A DNA stretch of 63,809 bases, the filler included, from Choristocarpus tenellus KU-1152 (lineage: Eukaryota; Protista; Phaeophyceae): NCBI GenBank assembly GCA_964200185.2. It is 17 parts of 17 records of this genome, joined end to end, with 100 filler letters (N's around TTAATTAATTAA, not from the genome) between each part and the next. Parts side by side here need not be neighbours in the genome. Positions count along the whole stretch, not along the records: positions 38,974 to 43,212 come from CAXNAD020015538.1; positions 43,313 to 48,857 come from CAXNAD020010462.1; positions 48,958 to 52,601 come from CAXNAD020018775.1; positions 52,702 to 55,582 come from CAXNAD020023965.1; 13 more parts are not named here. One strand, written 5' to 3'. A program made the position numbers and the translations under genes. Below are positions 39,060 to 53,149 of the stretch, in pieces. The notes beneath the pieces are model-generated. The model saw only the letters and a program-made list of their open reading frames with translations, had not been told where the DNA came from and did no database searches. Within the stretch, counting starts at the first letter, position 1. Each line of letters begins with the position of its first letter.

Positions 39060-39403
39060 CTACTCATCGCAGTACAGGTAGCCCTCAAGCGATTCTCTGT
39101 TGCAAGTCACCTTGATACTCTGGTTGCAGAGGGATAGAGCCACCACAAAGGGATCCCCGTTCATGTCCCCACATTGGGTCACTAACCCTGGCGGCAACCA
39201 TAGGTCGTCACCGGAGGAATACTCTTCACAATCCACTCCGTTGACATTGCAGGGGACTTCCTCACTAGACCTGATACATCACCAGACATCACCAGACATC
39301 GGCAGCGAGAGTTAGGGTTATAAACTTACCAACACAAAAATCGCATTAAAAAAAACATATTATCGAAAGGAAAAATAAATAAATCATTTTTCCAGCTCCC
39401 AAA

Positions 39404-39442
<39 letters not shown>

Positions 39443-41759
39443 TTTTTATTACTTTTGACAGTAGTGTTGGTTACAAATTATTGTAATTCTTAAAAAAGAT
39501 TTTCGGTTTCATCTCATGGGGGGCAAAATGAATCACCCGAGTGAGTAAGAACAGCGTCTACTTTCAGGGTCTCTTACCTCCTGATTGGTGAAAATTTTGA
39601 CTCTTCCGAGGAATCCGACCTCAAAGAGTCATGGATTACCTAAGAGTGATAGTAAAAGGTTAGGGTTAGGGTTAGACGGCGATGAAGTCCACCAAGGGGA
39701 GTACACATATGGAAGGCGTTTGAAAGAGTAAAATAGAAAGGTTAACACACAAGTTATGTTAAAAAAAAGGATCTTCATGTTGTACATACAGTCTACCCTC
39801 ACATATTCAAAGGTCATTCAGGAGAAGTTTTACGTGTTTGGCATACCTGACAATCATTAATTTAATGACAATCATTAATCATTAACCTTCATAGCACCGA
39901 TAGGAGTCTCTAGTCTCATAAGAACCCTAACCCTAACTCATAAGAACGTGGGTCTGGAACCTAAGCGACCTCCAGACAATGCATGGACATGGCCACTGTG
40001 GAGTAAAATACCAACTATCAAGCGAGGAATGGCCAACCCTAACCCTAACCTCTAAACTCTTTACAAACTCCTCTTACCAAGACAGAACACAGTGTGAGAG
40101 CATTTAGGGAGTTAAAGATCAATCAATAAGGTTAGGGTTAGTAGGGCTCTCAACCAGGAAAGTTTCCAGTACTCAAAATAGTTAAATCAAAAATCAAGAA
40201 ATAGTTAAATCTGCATCGATACAATGAACGAAACGAACCCTTCTCATTGGTCAATCGTTTGCATTTTATTTTTTTTCAAAATTATCTAACATTTTATTTT
40301 ATTATCTAACAGGACTACTACTTCCTTTGGGCAGAGCACCTCTAGATCAATCTTGACTATCTCCCACCCACTGCCAACACAGTCTGCAATCACCCTATCA
40401 TCTTGTCTGTAAAAATCAAGCCTTCCAGGGTGTGCAATTTTGAAGAACATAGACCTCTGTGACAACTCATCGCAGCAAGTGTGCAGGGTTGACCCTATAA
40501 CCCTAACCCTAATCCTAATCCTAACCCTATCCCATTCAGTCCTGTGAATTAATCAGCACCATGACAGTACACCACTAGTGTCTTTTGTATATCATAATAT
40601 GGCATTACTGTTATAAAAAGCTTGATCGTAACAGTACCACAACAAAAATAGGGTTAGGGTTATGGATAAGGTTTTCGTAGTACTTCAGAGACCGTATATA
40701 ACATATAATATAATAAATATAATACATGGAAAACTTGTTCTCATTTTTTATTATGTGCACACTGTATATATATGATATCTGACATATACATAGATACCTA
40801 TTTTCATCACGATTTTCGATTTGGCGTAAGTACGTACTTGTGAATACAATAATAGGCAAATTTAATTGGTCAATAAAACATAAAAATTCATATTATCATT
40901 GATAAACAATACAGGGCAAACTTGAAATTTGATGTAAGAGTGTACATGATAGTGGTTAGGGTAAAAAAATAAAAATAAAAGATGGAATGTACATTGTACT
41001 ACACTACTAGTATAGTATAGTATAATATAGTATAAGCTGGACAAGTATTGCCTTCAATGTCCTTAATATACTTAGGCAGTAACATGTTTAGGGTTAGGAT
41101 ACTAACCCAAGAGGAGAAGAAACACCAAGCACAACACCTAACCCACGTCAAGTGATATAAACCTGAAAATATCTAGAAAACCTCTCGTACCTTCGGCAGC
41201 TACCCTTACATAACAATCCCGACAACAAATATATATATATTTTTTACAATGACAACAAATGTGTTAGAGTCAGTTAACTTCACCATCGATTTGCCAAAAA
41301 CATTCTCATGATAATAATGAAATCAACAAAGAGAAAAGAGAGATAGAACAAGAGTGAAAAAAAACTAAAAAAAAGGGGGGTTAGTATATATATATATTTT
41401 TAAACTAGAACAACCAAACCTCGCACTCCACTAAGACACTCTACACTGAGTGGGTTAGGGTCAGGGCTATGGCTAGGGTTAGGGTTACAGGGACTCACCC
41501 CTGCCTTTTGTGGAGCTTGGCTGTGTACAGAACCATGTGTAGAATCACGTACAGAACCATGTGTAGAACCACGTGCAGAACCATGTGTAGAACCATGTGT
41601 AGAACCACGTACAGAACCATGTGAACCTGAAGCATGGTTCTTGTCATGTGGTACTTGAGGTACATGGATGGTACCCTCTGGCAGTTCGTCAATGATTTGG
41701 TCCACACTGACTGAGGTGACACTACGTTGGAAGTGGTGAAGGGGTTCAACCCAAAGTTC
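39060..41759 (-). CDS. Unknown gene, 3' exons with a GS[T/V/A][H/R] tetrapeptide repeat
   Basis: Exons 41759-41499 (phase 0/0), 39639-39578 (0/2) and 39270-39060 (2/stop) join in frame with GT-AG; ends ...GDPFVVALSLCNQSIKVTCNRESLEGYLYCDE*. Confidence 0.55.
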
Positions 41760-43362
41760 CTGGTCATGTATAGAGTATGCCAGTAACACGATAGATTAGC
41801 AGTCGGTTGGAACCAGTAGGACAATTAGAAGGAGAGGAAGTGAGATTGGCGATGTTTGATTGGATTGTGGGTACTAGCAGGTATATCAGCTAATACACAC
41901 CATGAGGAATGTTCTTTCACTTCTACCGAAATAGTTTATTGTTCCACACGTTGTTGTTGATCAAACATGTGGAATAATAAATAAAATATAAAACATCAAG
42001 AAAAAACTACCATGTAGGCAGTGTTATATCTCACGCAATTTCAAACCCTAACCCTAACCTAACACAAGTTTACTCCCTGCAGTTTTACCTAACCCTAACC
42101 CTTGACACACACAAAAAATAAATAAATGGTCAACAAGAGCAGTACCGATTGTCCCAAGAATAAAGAATACTAATATAAGAATACTATTGTAAGAATACTC
42201 CCAAAACATTGTGGTTATATTGGGTAGGGGTATCACTCACAGACGGTGGGATTAGTCTAGAAAAAAAGTATGATAAGTTAAATAAAAAGGAACATTAAAA
42301 ACATTATATCTTAACATATATCTTCTGTGTTAACATAAGTGAGAAGCATGAAAAAAATGATAAAAAATATTAACAAGGTATCACTACATAGACAATGCAT
42401 TACGGATAAGTTATCCACTAACACTACCAACATTACCGCTATTACCATTTTGAGCTTTGAGCTGTTTGTGCAAGGTTCAACAACCCTCTTTTCCTTCAGC
42501 ATTATGAAATTGAGGGTACTTTACATCAAAGCCTAACTCTAACCATAACCCTACCAAATTTGGCATGTTGTGCAATAAGTAAAATACTACCGTCACATCA
42601 CATCACATCACATCACATCACATCACAATCAACTCCATTTACAACCCTTTCACTCAAAGCAGTCTGTGTACTGACAGTGACAGACTTTTTCATACATGCA
42701 ACACATAACACGTAATACATAACACACAACACGTAATACGTAACACACAACACTTAACATAGACGATAGCATGTCTCAACATGATCATAATCAAAGTGGG
42801 ACAATGGTCAAAGGAAACATACCCTTCATCTCCTCAGATACGACAGCATTACAAGCCACTCACAGTGAAGTAAGGTCAGGTTACTTCAGGTCAGAGAGAG
42901 ATCACCATTCAGAACTGTCCTACTTCTTCCACTATGGTCAAACAAAAAAAGGACACAAGTTAACCCTAACCCTAACCAATAACAAGGTGGCATGATAACT
43001 AATAAGAAAAACAAGAAACTGCCAATCCACTAAAAATATCCCAACACAATAAACAATAAATAAAAAACAACAGTAAAAAATATATGTTTCAATTTTTTTA
43101 TTATTCTGTCCCTGCTTTTACGTATTTCTCAATTTCTTATACTTCTATCTCTCAAGCAGCGTGGAACTATTTTGTTTGAATACCTTCCTATTACGGATCT
43201 GGGATCCCTTAGNNNNNNNNNNNNNNNNNNNNNNNNNNNNNNNNNNNNNNNNNNNNTTAATTAATTAANNNNNNNNNNNNNNNNNNNNNNNNNNNNNNNN
43301 NNNNNNNNNNNNCCCCCATCTTACCACCCTGACCTATTCCCTTATCCCCCTTCAAATCTCAG

Positions 43363-43887
43363 CATTGCGATTGAGGCAGCCATTGTGCGTATCATGAAGG
43401 CTCGGAAGACAATTGCCCATCAGCAACTTGTTGCTGAGGTTTTGAGTCAGCTCTCGTTCTTCCGTCCTAACCCAAAGGTGGGCAAGACTTGTATGGGATT
43501 AGTACCTGTTGGGGCCCTGTGCAACTTTTTCCATTGTGTATGTACGTATAGCGGTGCTGTATATGATCCTGTGTACTACATGGTTTAGTTTATTTTGGTA
43601 AAAGGCTGAATTTGTTGGCCTCTTTCCTTTGTACCTCCCAACTCCATGCCCCAGCTTCCTGTATTGAAGGTGTGTTGTTTACACTATTTTGTAGTTGACA
43701 CTATTTGCTGTTCATGACTCAACAGTTGTAAGTGTAGGCACAGGTAATGGTGTTAGAGAAATTGTATTTTTTTTTGTCTAATTAGTCGACACTCAGAATT
43801 TTCTGGCAGAGGAGTTCCATCCCGTGCCTGAAGCTGCTCCGGCTTCCCAAAAGAATCGAAATTGGGCAATGAATCCCAGACATTATA

Positions 43888-43928
<41 letters not shown>

Positions 43929-44045
43929 TTACAACTGTTGATTGCCTGTGTGCAGGTGATCAAAAGCCGTATCCATGCACTTATTGATCGTGAATACTTG
44001 GAGAGAGATAATTCAAAACCAAACCACTACTGCTATTTGGCATAG
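43363..44045 (+). CDS. CUL1: Cullin (CUL1-like) C-terminal neddylation domain, last two exons
   Basis: Exons 43363-43477 and 43956-44045: [15 protein letters not shown]...[12 protein letters not shown]...|[18 protein letters not shown]...YCYLA*. Cullin is secure; the paralogue assignment is less so. Confidence 0.9.
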
Positions 44046-46649
44046 CTGGGAGTGACTTTTCATGAAGGAGGGATTGATTATGTGGAGGGTCACAGGGGCT
44101 GGGGGTGGGCATGATGGCGGTGTAGGAGTAAGAGCACACAACGAATAATTATCAGTAAATGGGGGAGGTTGACTGGAATGAATCATGCTGTTTTTGGAAG
44201 GCCATCACAAGGTGGGTAAGGGCTCGAGGGTCTCAGCAAGGATGCAAGGTGGAATCCTTATTTCTAAGGTGGGGTGAGGTGCAAGGGGAGGAGTTGGTCT
44301 TATTTCAGTGTTGCTAATGGTCTCCCCTAGAGCGTCACTTATGTTTGTAGACATGGTGGGTGAAACTGCCATGGTATGTCCTGGAAAGGTGTGGTCACCT
44401 GTGCATGTGAGGGAGAGCCTTTTTTGTGGTATTTTTGCTTGCTTTACACCATCGATTAAGCCCAACTAAAGAAGAGAAAGGAGGATATTTTGGAGAAGTG
44501 GGGGGGAGGAGGGAAGGGTACTGGGTCATTGAACCTAATGTACGAAATTTGCGACGTAGGCGGCTACTTAGTTCAAGTAGTACTATAACTGTTGTCATGG
44601 TTGGTGATGTGTGAGTTAAATCTGTTGCTTAATGGAGAGAGAGCAATGGAGGTTGAGGGGAGAGAGAGGCTATGATTGATTCTCACGTTGTTATGAGGTT
44701 TGTTGGAGGGATGGGAGGGGAAGCAAACTGGGATGAATGGGAGCAAAGTGCATGTGAAGAAGTAGCAAGGTAGAAGAAAAGGGGGGGGGGAAAGAGCACC
44801 AGCAATATGCAGAGGGTCTGCTTTGGTGTTGGTGGGAGAGGGGGAAGAATATTTTTTTGTGGATGTGTGTGGGTATTTCCCGAATAGTGCCGTTTCTATT
44901 TGTCATCTGTTTCTTTGTGTGGAAAGAAGTGAGAAGTGCAAGGAGGGGGGGAGGGTTAGATGTAAAGTCTTGCTTGCTTATGCTAGTTTTGTGTTGGCTG
45001 CTACGTGCATAAAAGCTTTGATGGAATATATTCAAGGTTGTGGGTGAGATTTATTTGTGTGGGTATTCTGGAGATCAGGCCTCATAATGCACTCCCTGTT
45101 GGTCGAGGTTTGTATGTGCTGCTGCTTCATTAATATATCCGACCAGGTAGAGAATTTTTTGGGATAAGACAGCTTCAAACTTACAACGTTTTCTTGCTTA
45201 TGGTACGAAAGTTTGATTTGAAGAATACTGCAATGCTGTAATGCACTTGAACGGAAATGTTGACCGACTATACGAATATACTTGTAGTTTTGAGGGAAGC
45301 ATTTATCTCAGTTGTTCAGAGCCAGGTAGAGTTTGGTTCCTCAATACTGCATGATCCTTGGTTGTCCTTCATGCTTGGCGAAGGTGGTAGGTAGAGTGAT
45401 GGTCAGAAAATGACATGAGGCGGTGAAGTAGAGTATGAATTTTAATTCACATACTTACGGTGCTCTTGACTTGTGTTGATTTTTTACTCCCAAATATACG
45501 AACTCTGAAAAATGGATTCTTTTGTGTTCCAAATTCAATACCAAAAGTGAAGCCACTGCAAATTCATGCTGTCCTCACGTGTATGTGTGTAGTATGTCTT
45601 AGCAATTTTATGAGGAACGTTACTACTTTTGATACTATTAAAATAATGTAAAAAAAATTAAGTTTTGGATCCAATGTTCTGTTTATTTCCCTTCTAAATT
45701 TCAAAGAATTTATATTTATATATTGGTTATTCCATAATAAAAATATTCAATGCATTTTTTTAAAGCATTTGTGTAGCTTCCAGTTTTGAATCTCTCCATT
45801 TTTTTCCCATGCATATTTCGAAGAAAATTATTAGTGGTCACTTCTATTCAAAGAGTCATTTCTAACTGCTGAGGGATCTCAAGTTTCTCAATATTCTCAT
45901 GAAGAAAAGCGGGAAAAAAGTGCTAGGAAGGAAAAGGACTTGGGCAGACACTCACTTCTCAGCTTACACAGTTGTTCGTTCTTCATAGCAATTCCTTGAT
46001 GTGATTGACCTTCCAACAAATTCACCATGCAAGATAGAAATGAAGAATTGAGCTACATACCAGGAATTGTTCGCAAAGCATGGTCAGGTTGAGTGCTACA
46101 TAAGCGTTGATACCAAAAAGCAGCAGGAGGCTGCAGCATAAGTTCGACCACTGCCTGTAGTAAGAACATAAAACCCCAGCAGAATCAAGGCACACAGAAA
46201 CATGAAGTTGTCCTCACCTCACTAGGACTGTTCAATCCCACTGTCCTCCACCAAAAACATAGGGAGGTTACCTCAAGAAGGTACGTCTTTCACCTCAGCA
46301 ACAAATCAGGTTGCATAGAGATCAAATCAAGTGCACCACGGAAAACCGAAATTCAACAACGAATCTTTTCACCAACCAGTCACAATCTAATTAATTATTC
46401 CTAAGAACTATTCTTATGAGAACCACAAGTCGTTCTTAGTGGAGATCGAGAGCAGAGGAAAGCTACAACAGTTTACTACTTTCCTCCCCTTCCCCCATTC
46501 TGTTCCTCTTTACCCACAGCCCACTGTCCAACCTCATGTTCAGTTTTGAATATCATTGTTCGTTCCGCTTTTTGCTTCTTCCGCAAACTGTCAAACATAC
46601 TCGTGTGCATTACTTTTTAGAAGGAGAATGGTGTTTTCTGAACTGTAGT

Positions 46650-48857
46650 TTATCCGCTGCTTGCACCCACACCACTACTGCTTCCGCCTTTGTTACCTCC
46701 ACTACCACTGCTACTTCCTGGTCTGTTTGCCCTAGAGCCGCCCTGGGGGCCAGGCTTCTTGGGCTTGGGCTTTCCTCCCACTGAACGTTTCTGCTGCATA
46801 TAATGGGAGGGGATTGGGAAAGGAGTGAGGACTGCTTTGAAGAAAGGTTTCAGAGTCCACACAGTTGCTAAAAAATGGTAACATTAAATTGAACGTGTAG
46901 TTGAACAACAAATACAGTGAAGATAAATCCTTTGCTCGGGTCAGGAATGTTATGTAACCAAAATTACGTGCACTGAAATCAGTTGTTGCATGTTGCACCA
47001 GAAAAATATGACAGAAAGCAATTTACAGTTTCACCCAAGCAACATACATTTCTTCTAAAACACCATCGATGAAACCAAGAGAGGGTTCGAGCAGAAGGAG
47101 GACAAGGTCACCCTGCCACTGTCAGTTACTCAAGATAGGTTGGAGGCACAAAGAGACCAGCTAACTATCAACACAACAGGAACACACCCTTGCCCTAACC
47201 TTACCACTACAAAAACATGGTAGCCGTATACAAGCCAAAACCCTACCAAAATAATAACAAAAATACAATACAAAGTCATGCCAAGATACTTAGTAGGGAA
47301 AAAGAAAAGCATTGTCTGCACAAAAGAAAAGCATCGTCTGCACATTGTAGTCAAACAATATGATCCCATACACATTACAAACAGCGTGTGAACTGTATTC
47401 ATGTTGCAATCAACCACTAGAGATGAAAACATAGCCCAAGTTAGTTTGGTTCACCAATTTTCATGGAAAAAATACAGCATTGCAGGCAGCTACACGAGGG
47501 AGGGCCATTGGGTCAGTGTGAAAAGATTGCAGCGGTCAGTTTTTCCCATGGAACTTGGGCAGACCATACCCTTTGGTGAAACCTTAACCCTAAGTACATC
47601 CCCGATAGATTCCCCTTGCAACCCTCTTTGGATCATGACATCACTATACCCAACAATATTACTATCAATGGAGTAGTATGCTTAAATCATACATTGTACC
47701 AAAGCAACACAAGAACACCTGCCATATGTATATTCCCAAATCAATTCACAGGATCAACGGTTCAAAACAACCAAAGCCTCAAAAGTTAAAACACACACAC
47801 AAGTCAAAACAAAAGAACTGATGCATCTAGTCAACATGAATCCCTTCTGCGTTCTATTACCCCCCCCCCTTCCTCTCCCCTCAACCTATCTAACACCCTA
47901 ACCCTAACCCTTGCCAAAGATATAAATTCAGGTATTACACGCTAAATACCTAACTTGTGATAAAATGGATCTAGACGTATGTAGTCAGCCATTGTCAGTT
48001 TTCCACTCGTTTAAAACCAAATACATTGACATGCTGGTTCTGAGAAGAACCATCCAGTCCCATCTCATTCAAATATATCAGAGTGCGCAGTATCAAAGTA
48101 TCAAGTAAATGTGTGCAAGAGAAGCGTATAAAATAGAAAAACAACCTTCAACAAATTTCATTATTGTAGAAAAAAAAAAAACTCACTTACAGAACTATCC
48201 CTTTTCATCTCATCCACAAAACAAAAAAAAACTTGGAAAAAAAAGAAAAAGGAACAAAAGGGCACAAACCAGCCAATAAAATAACACGCAGTTCATTCAC
48301 AATCCATTCAAAACACTGTTAAAAGTACAGTATATAAATTTGTTCCAATTTTAAAATAGGCTGACAAAAAAAGAGGCAAAACCTTTAGAACTACTCTGAC
48401 CACATCAATCATCTCTCATCGGTAAATGGAACCCAAACCCTAACCATCAATCATCCCAGCAACAAAAAAAAGTATTTTCAAGACCCTAGAACATTTTCCT
48501 CTGTCATTAGTTCTCGCTCACCGAGGACTTTCCCGCCTGCCCCAAGCCTTGCCCTGACTTTTGTGCCTGCATCTGCCCCACCCGCTCCTGCTGATGCTGC
48601 TGGTGCTTATGCCCCTGGACGTGACCATTCCCTTGCCTAATTCCCTTCCTCTGTTCCTGAGAAACACCTTCATCCCGACTCTCTCCCCTGCGGTGCTTAT
48701 GTCCTTGTCCTTGTCCTTGCCCTTGCCCTTGACCCTGACCCTGACCCTGCCCCTGCCCACTCCCCTGCACCGGCTCTTTTCCTTGATCAGATCGAGCGCC
48801 CTGTGACTGCCCTTGCCCGTGCCCCTGATGCATTTCACCCTCCTGTTCACCCAGGCC
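46650..48857 (-). CDS. Unknown low-complexity (GQ-repeat, G/S-rich) gene, probable 3' exons
   Basis: GQGQGQ exon ending 48522 (TCG|GTGAGC) and a terminal exon about 46793-46650 after a CAGCAG acceptor, both phase 0. Confidence 0.4.
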
Positions 48858-49988
48858 NNNNNNNNNNNNNNNNNNNNNNNNNNNNNNNNNNNNNNNNNNN
48901 NTTAATTAATTAANNNNNNNNNNNNNNNNNNNNNNNNNNNNNNNNNNNNNNNNNNNNTTGGGTGAAGATTAGTGATACAGGGAACTAGATATGTGCTCAG
49001 GGCGAGGGGGGGGGGAGTTGATGACTTTATGAATCAGTGCGAAAATAGCCAGTCAGCACTGTCAGAGAATCAAGCTACAACTAGAAGTACTATTTCTTGT
49101 CCGTGTTGAGTGTTTTCACCGGTTTACTGTACTAGCTAGGCTTGTTGTGTCAGGAAGGTATTTGGGCTTAAGTTGACTCTGATATTTGGCATTTTCTGCC
49201 ATACTTCTGCAAACGGAATGCCCTGCTTTTGGTTTCTGCTCCAAAGAACAAACCTCTGACCCCTTACTCAAGTGTGCACTGAACATAAAAATATATTTTC
49301 GGATTTACAATACTCGCACAAGTACAGCAGGACTACTGTGCTGTGACTCCTTCACTATATACCACATGTTGTCTTCCACAACATGAACTATACGAATCCT
49401 CAGGACTGGTTGTGAAAAAATATCGGTCATGCATGTCTATACATACATCAATTGTGTTTGCCACTCACCTTTCATTATAATTCTCCAATCCGTTCATTGC
49501 TCTGGTGTGAATGGTAGTGATATCAACCCTAATTGATCATTACAATATCTGTGCCACTCTAAGTATCACTACAACAACAGTAGGTCATATCAATATTTGT
49601 CAACTGAGACACTTGGTCAATACAAGGACCTATTGTATGATTGGTAATTCCTCGCTTCCCACATGGTCCCGCACCAAGTGGTAAATCGCATTATGATTGA
49701 CCTGAAAAGTCGTACACCTGATGACACTGGTATCATCTCTGAGAAACATGTAGTTCAAGTTAGTTTCTCCTATCAACAAATATACGACAAGGAGAATTTC
49801 AGGTCAGCCCGGCAACCCCTCCAATGCCAATACCTGAAACATTTGGAGTTGTCCACCTGTCACACCCAAGCCTTGAAACAACCCGAAAAATAATATCAAT
49901 CTGATGGCGGCACGGTGTATGGATGGTTTCCAGGTCACCTCTAAGTTGTCGACCTCCCACTTACCCCACAATATATCTAATCGTACAG

Positions 49989-51536
49989 GATTGAACGAGG
50001 AGCCCAGAGTTCCCTTCACAGATCAGGCCAGTGGGCAGTCCTCCAATACATCCACCTCCCCTGTGGAAAGTGAGCTGGAGATGAAGAGTGCAAAGGCGAA
50101 GAATCATCACAGCCCTTCAAAGGTGATGTGGATCATGATGCTTATAATCAGTTGGTGGGATGGAAGTGCAAGCTGTTCTGGACATCATTTCTCTCTATTC
50201 CTTGCCTATTTGTGAAGCAGGCATACACAAGTGTTTAGTATGTACTTTCCAAATCATGTACACCCTTCAGCACTCGGTAAATACATTTATATACACCCCA
50301 CCTACTGCCTCTTGCAACTCCTTATCCGAAATCAATAACCACACTCTGCTACGAACTGATCCACTTTTGAACTACCAGCTCCTTCACCCCCACCTCATCC
50401 TCTACCTGCCTACCCCATATTCCTGCCTGGGACTGCTCTTCAAATCGTTTTGTGCAGCTCCTCATGTCTTCCCCTGAGGAATTTTCGGCAGAAGTGAACT
50501 ATGTGGAATCTGTGACTGATGACCAGCAGCGGTCTATCCAAGAGGTGGGACATGGGGATGTGGTTGAACGAGGGCAGGACCAGGAGAGCATTGTGCAGTC
50601 CTCCACTACCACAGGTGAGCATGTTTATGGGAATGATGGGGAAACAAGAGCATTGACACATATGGCTGTTTCTGCATGAGTGGGAGGGGGGATAATAGAT
50701 GGATGCTTTGTTGCTTATTGTGTGCGGCTAGCATAGTCAGCAATGCAACGACTTGGGACTCTTTTCGGTCCATCAATGACAGACGTTTTCCTCAGTCAAA
50801 TTACCTCCAGGGTGTTTTGACGGTGGGACAGGGACTATGAACATAACGATTGTGGCGTTCTGTTGTTATCTGTGCTAACTTCAAGAATGAGGCACAATGC
50901 TGCTACTGTTTGTCTTGCATAAACCTATTGCTTATTTGCAGGCTTCGTAACCCTTAACTCAATGGAAGCACTCGTGTGAATCAAAGACCTTATCTTAACC
51001 ATGGATGATAGTCAGAAGCAAAGTCATTGCACCTTGCTATTGATGTGTCTGCCATTCCAGAATTCAAAAAATATTCCAGCAGTACTACAATATAATCTAT
51101 CTCCGTACTGTTCTACATTTCGCCACCAAATGCTGTAACGACTCATAAAAAGTGTGTCTGACTTCATTACCTGCCCACTCTTGACCCTCCCACTTCTTTG
51201 CAGCAACTGGTATAACCCAGAGGAGAACTCATGGTCAATTTCATCATTTTCAACTCACTACAGATGGAATCCAATCCACACACCACTCACAGCTGAAATA
51301 CATATATAATATATGAAGTACCAACTGGTCACCCCATTCTACTAGCAGCATAGTATCTGTGTAACTTTTACCTTACCATTGCTATCGTTTTTATCCTATG
51401 TACACCCCACACAACTCTACAAGGGGGAGCACATCACCAGGATCTCATCGACCTGCTACCAGAGCAACCCAGTGTGGAGCACCTGACTTCAACAGTTTCC
51501 CCTGTACAGAGCGAGCTGGTTGAGAGGAATACACAG
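49989..51536 (+). CDS. Unknown gene with a duplicated exon module
   Basis: Exons 49989-50095 (or -50122), 50458-50614 and 51424-51536 in phases 1-0, 0-1, 1-0; first and third share 'TST.SPV.SEL'. Confidence 0.5.
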
Positions 51537-52104
51537 GTGGAGGGGAATTTTGACATGCTGTACCCAGTACTATAGATTGATGAGCTATGTCTGAGTGTTG
51601 ACAATTGGCAATAGTGTTGAGCATCTCTCTTGATTAGATCTTGAGTGAAACAAAAGTTCCAGAGTGCAGTATAGTCCATCTTCGTTTCTCATCCACAATT
51701 TTGTTGAAACCTGCCCTGCCCTTCCTCCTCTTCATAGCCCCAAGGGGAGGGACTCTGGAGGGCAGTGTCCATCTTGTTGTTTTCCAGAATCGATAGTGAC
51801 TTGCTACAATAATACCAGAAACCAGTGTACTTTCTCCCCCATATTTGGTTCCTTGCCTTACCCCCCACCCCTCTCCGAACTTCCTCTCTAGGCACCCCAC
51901 AAACAAATATTGTAATACTCTGATACATATACTGCAAGTGCAAGCGTTTCATTGCCAGCAATTGTTGCTAATGGAGCGATATGTTATCCATCACAACATG
52001 ATGTGGTTGGTGTTATAGTTACTTGTCAATATCTTGCAGGTCGAAAATATCAACACTGCAATTATTGTAGATGCACAAGAAGTAGTTATTAGTATTATGA
52101 TTTC

Positions 52105-52340
52105 GAGTGAAAGTATCTTAGAGGGTACGATATTTCCCCTGGTTGTCCATTTGGGGCTTGACTTCCCATAGTTGTTATTATGACATCTTCCTACTCCTAA
52201 ATGTTTCGGAGTAGGTAAAATGTATACATTATGAAAAGGTGTGTCCAGAACATGGATATTGACACTTCCTAACAAATACGATGGCCAAANNNNNNNNNNT
52301 CCAAATGGACGTGGGTCTACCCTCTAAGATACATTGGTTC
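52105..52340. mobile_element. MITE subfamily A spanning a 10-N scaffold gap
   Basis: gagtgaaagtatcttagagggta...taccctctaagatacattggttc; TTTC on both flanks. Confidence 0.85.
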
Positions 52341-53149
52341 TTTCACGTCGTAGCCCTCGTACACGTAGGTGACGAAAGGTGGATTGGAAGGTTGATGCAT
52401 AGATGCAAAGTGTGTACATTGTTTAGAAGACAACGTCCAATCAACAATAATAGCAACATACAGTTTGTTTCTGCACTTCCAGGTGCGCAGAAACGGCTCG
52501 GTCAGCAGCAATCCATGTGGGTCAGCACAATTCCATGGAGAGGATGGCAACGACCACACTACACAGGGCACCCAATCCAGTAACCTGCCCCGCTGGAACA
52601 CNNNNNNNNNNNNNNNNNNNNNNNNNNNNNNNNNNNNNNNNNNNNTTAATTAATTAANNNNNNNNNNNNNNNNNNNNNNNNNNNNNNNNNNNNNNNNNNN
52701 NGAGAGTACTTTTCCAGTACTTTTGGGGGGAAACTCTGAGTACATTGCCTGTACTTTGAGCACCACCTATGCCAAATCATTCTGATTGGCATACAGTTCG
52801 ATCAAGGAGAAGACAAAGTACGTTCCACACAACTTCAAACCGATTTCAGGTTTTAATGGCGGAAGAGTTCAAAGAAAACGAACCTGATGAACATTTACTT
52901 CCAGTTTTTCATGAGCAGGATCCTTTATCCTTTGAGAAAGTTATACTTGACGATGGGAGGAAACTGTTAAGGCACAAGTGTTTCCACCTGTTTCACAGTT
53001 GCTCGATATAAGAGAGAATTGGCAGGAAAACACCGAAATCTCTCTTATAACCTGAAAAGTCGTGACAACCCAATAATCCTCTCTTATATCGGTGTCAGAA
53101 AGTCCCTAAAAAAGAAACAGTTGTCCTACATAAATATGCAAGACATTGA

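Noticed and set aside
40290-40495. About 68-codon minus-strand frame next to a telomeric tract
   Set aside because: No start codon, phase-incompatible with the surrounding gene's exons, and no recognisable motif.
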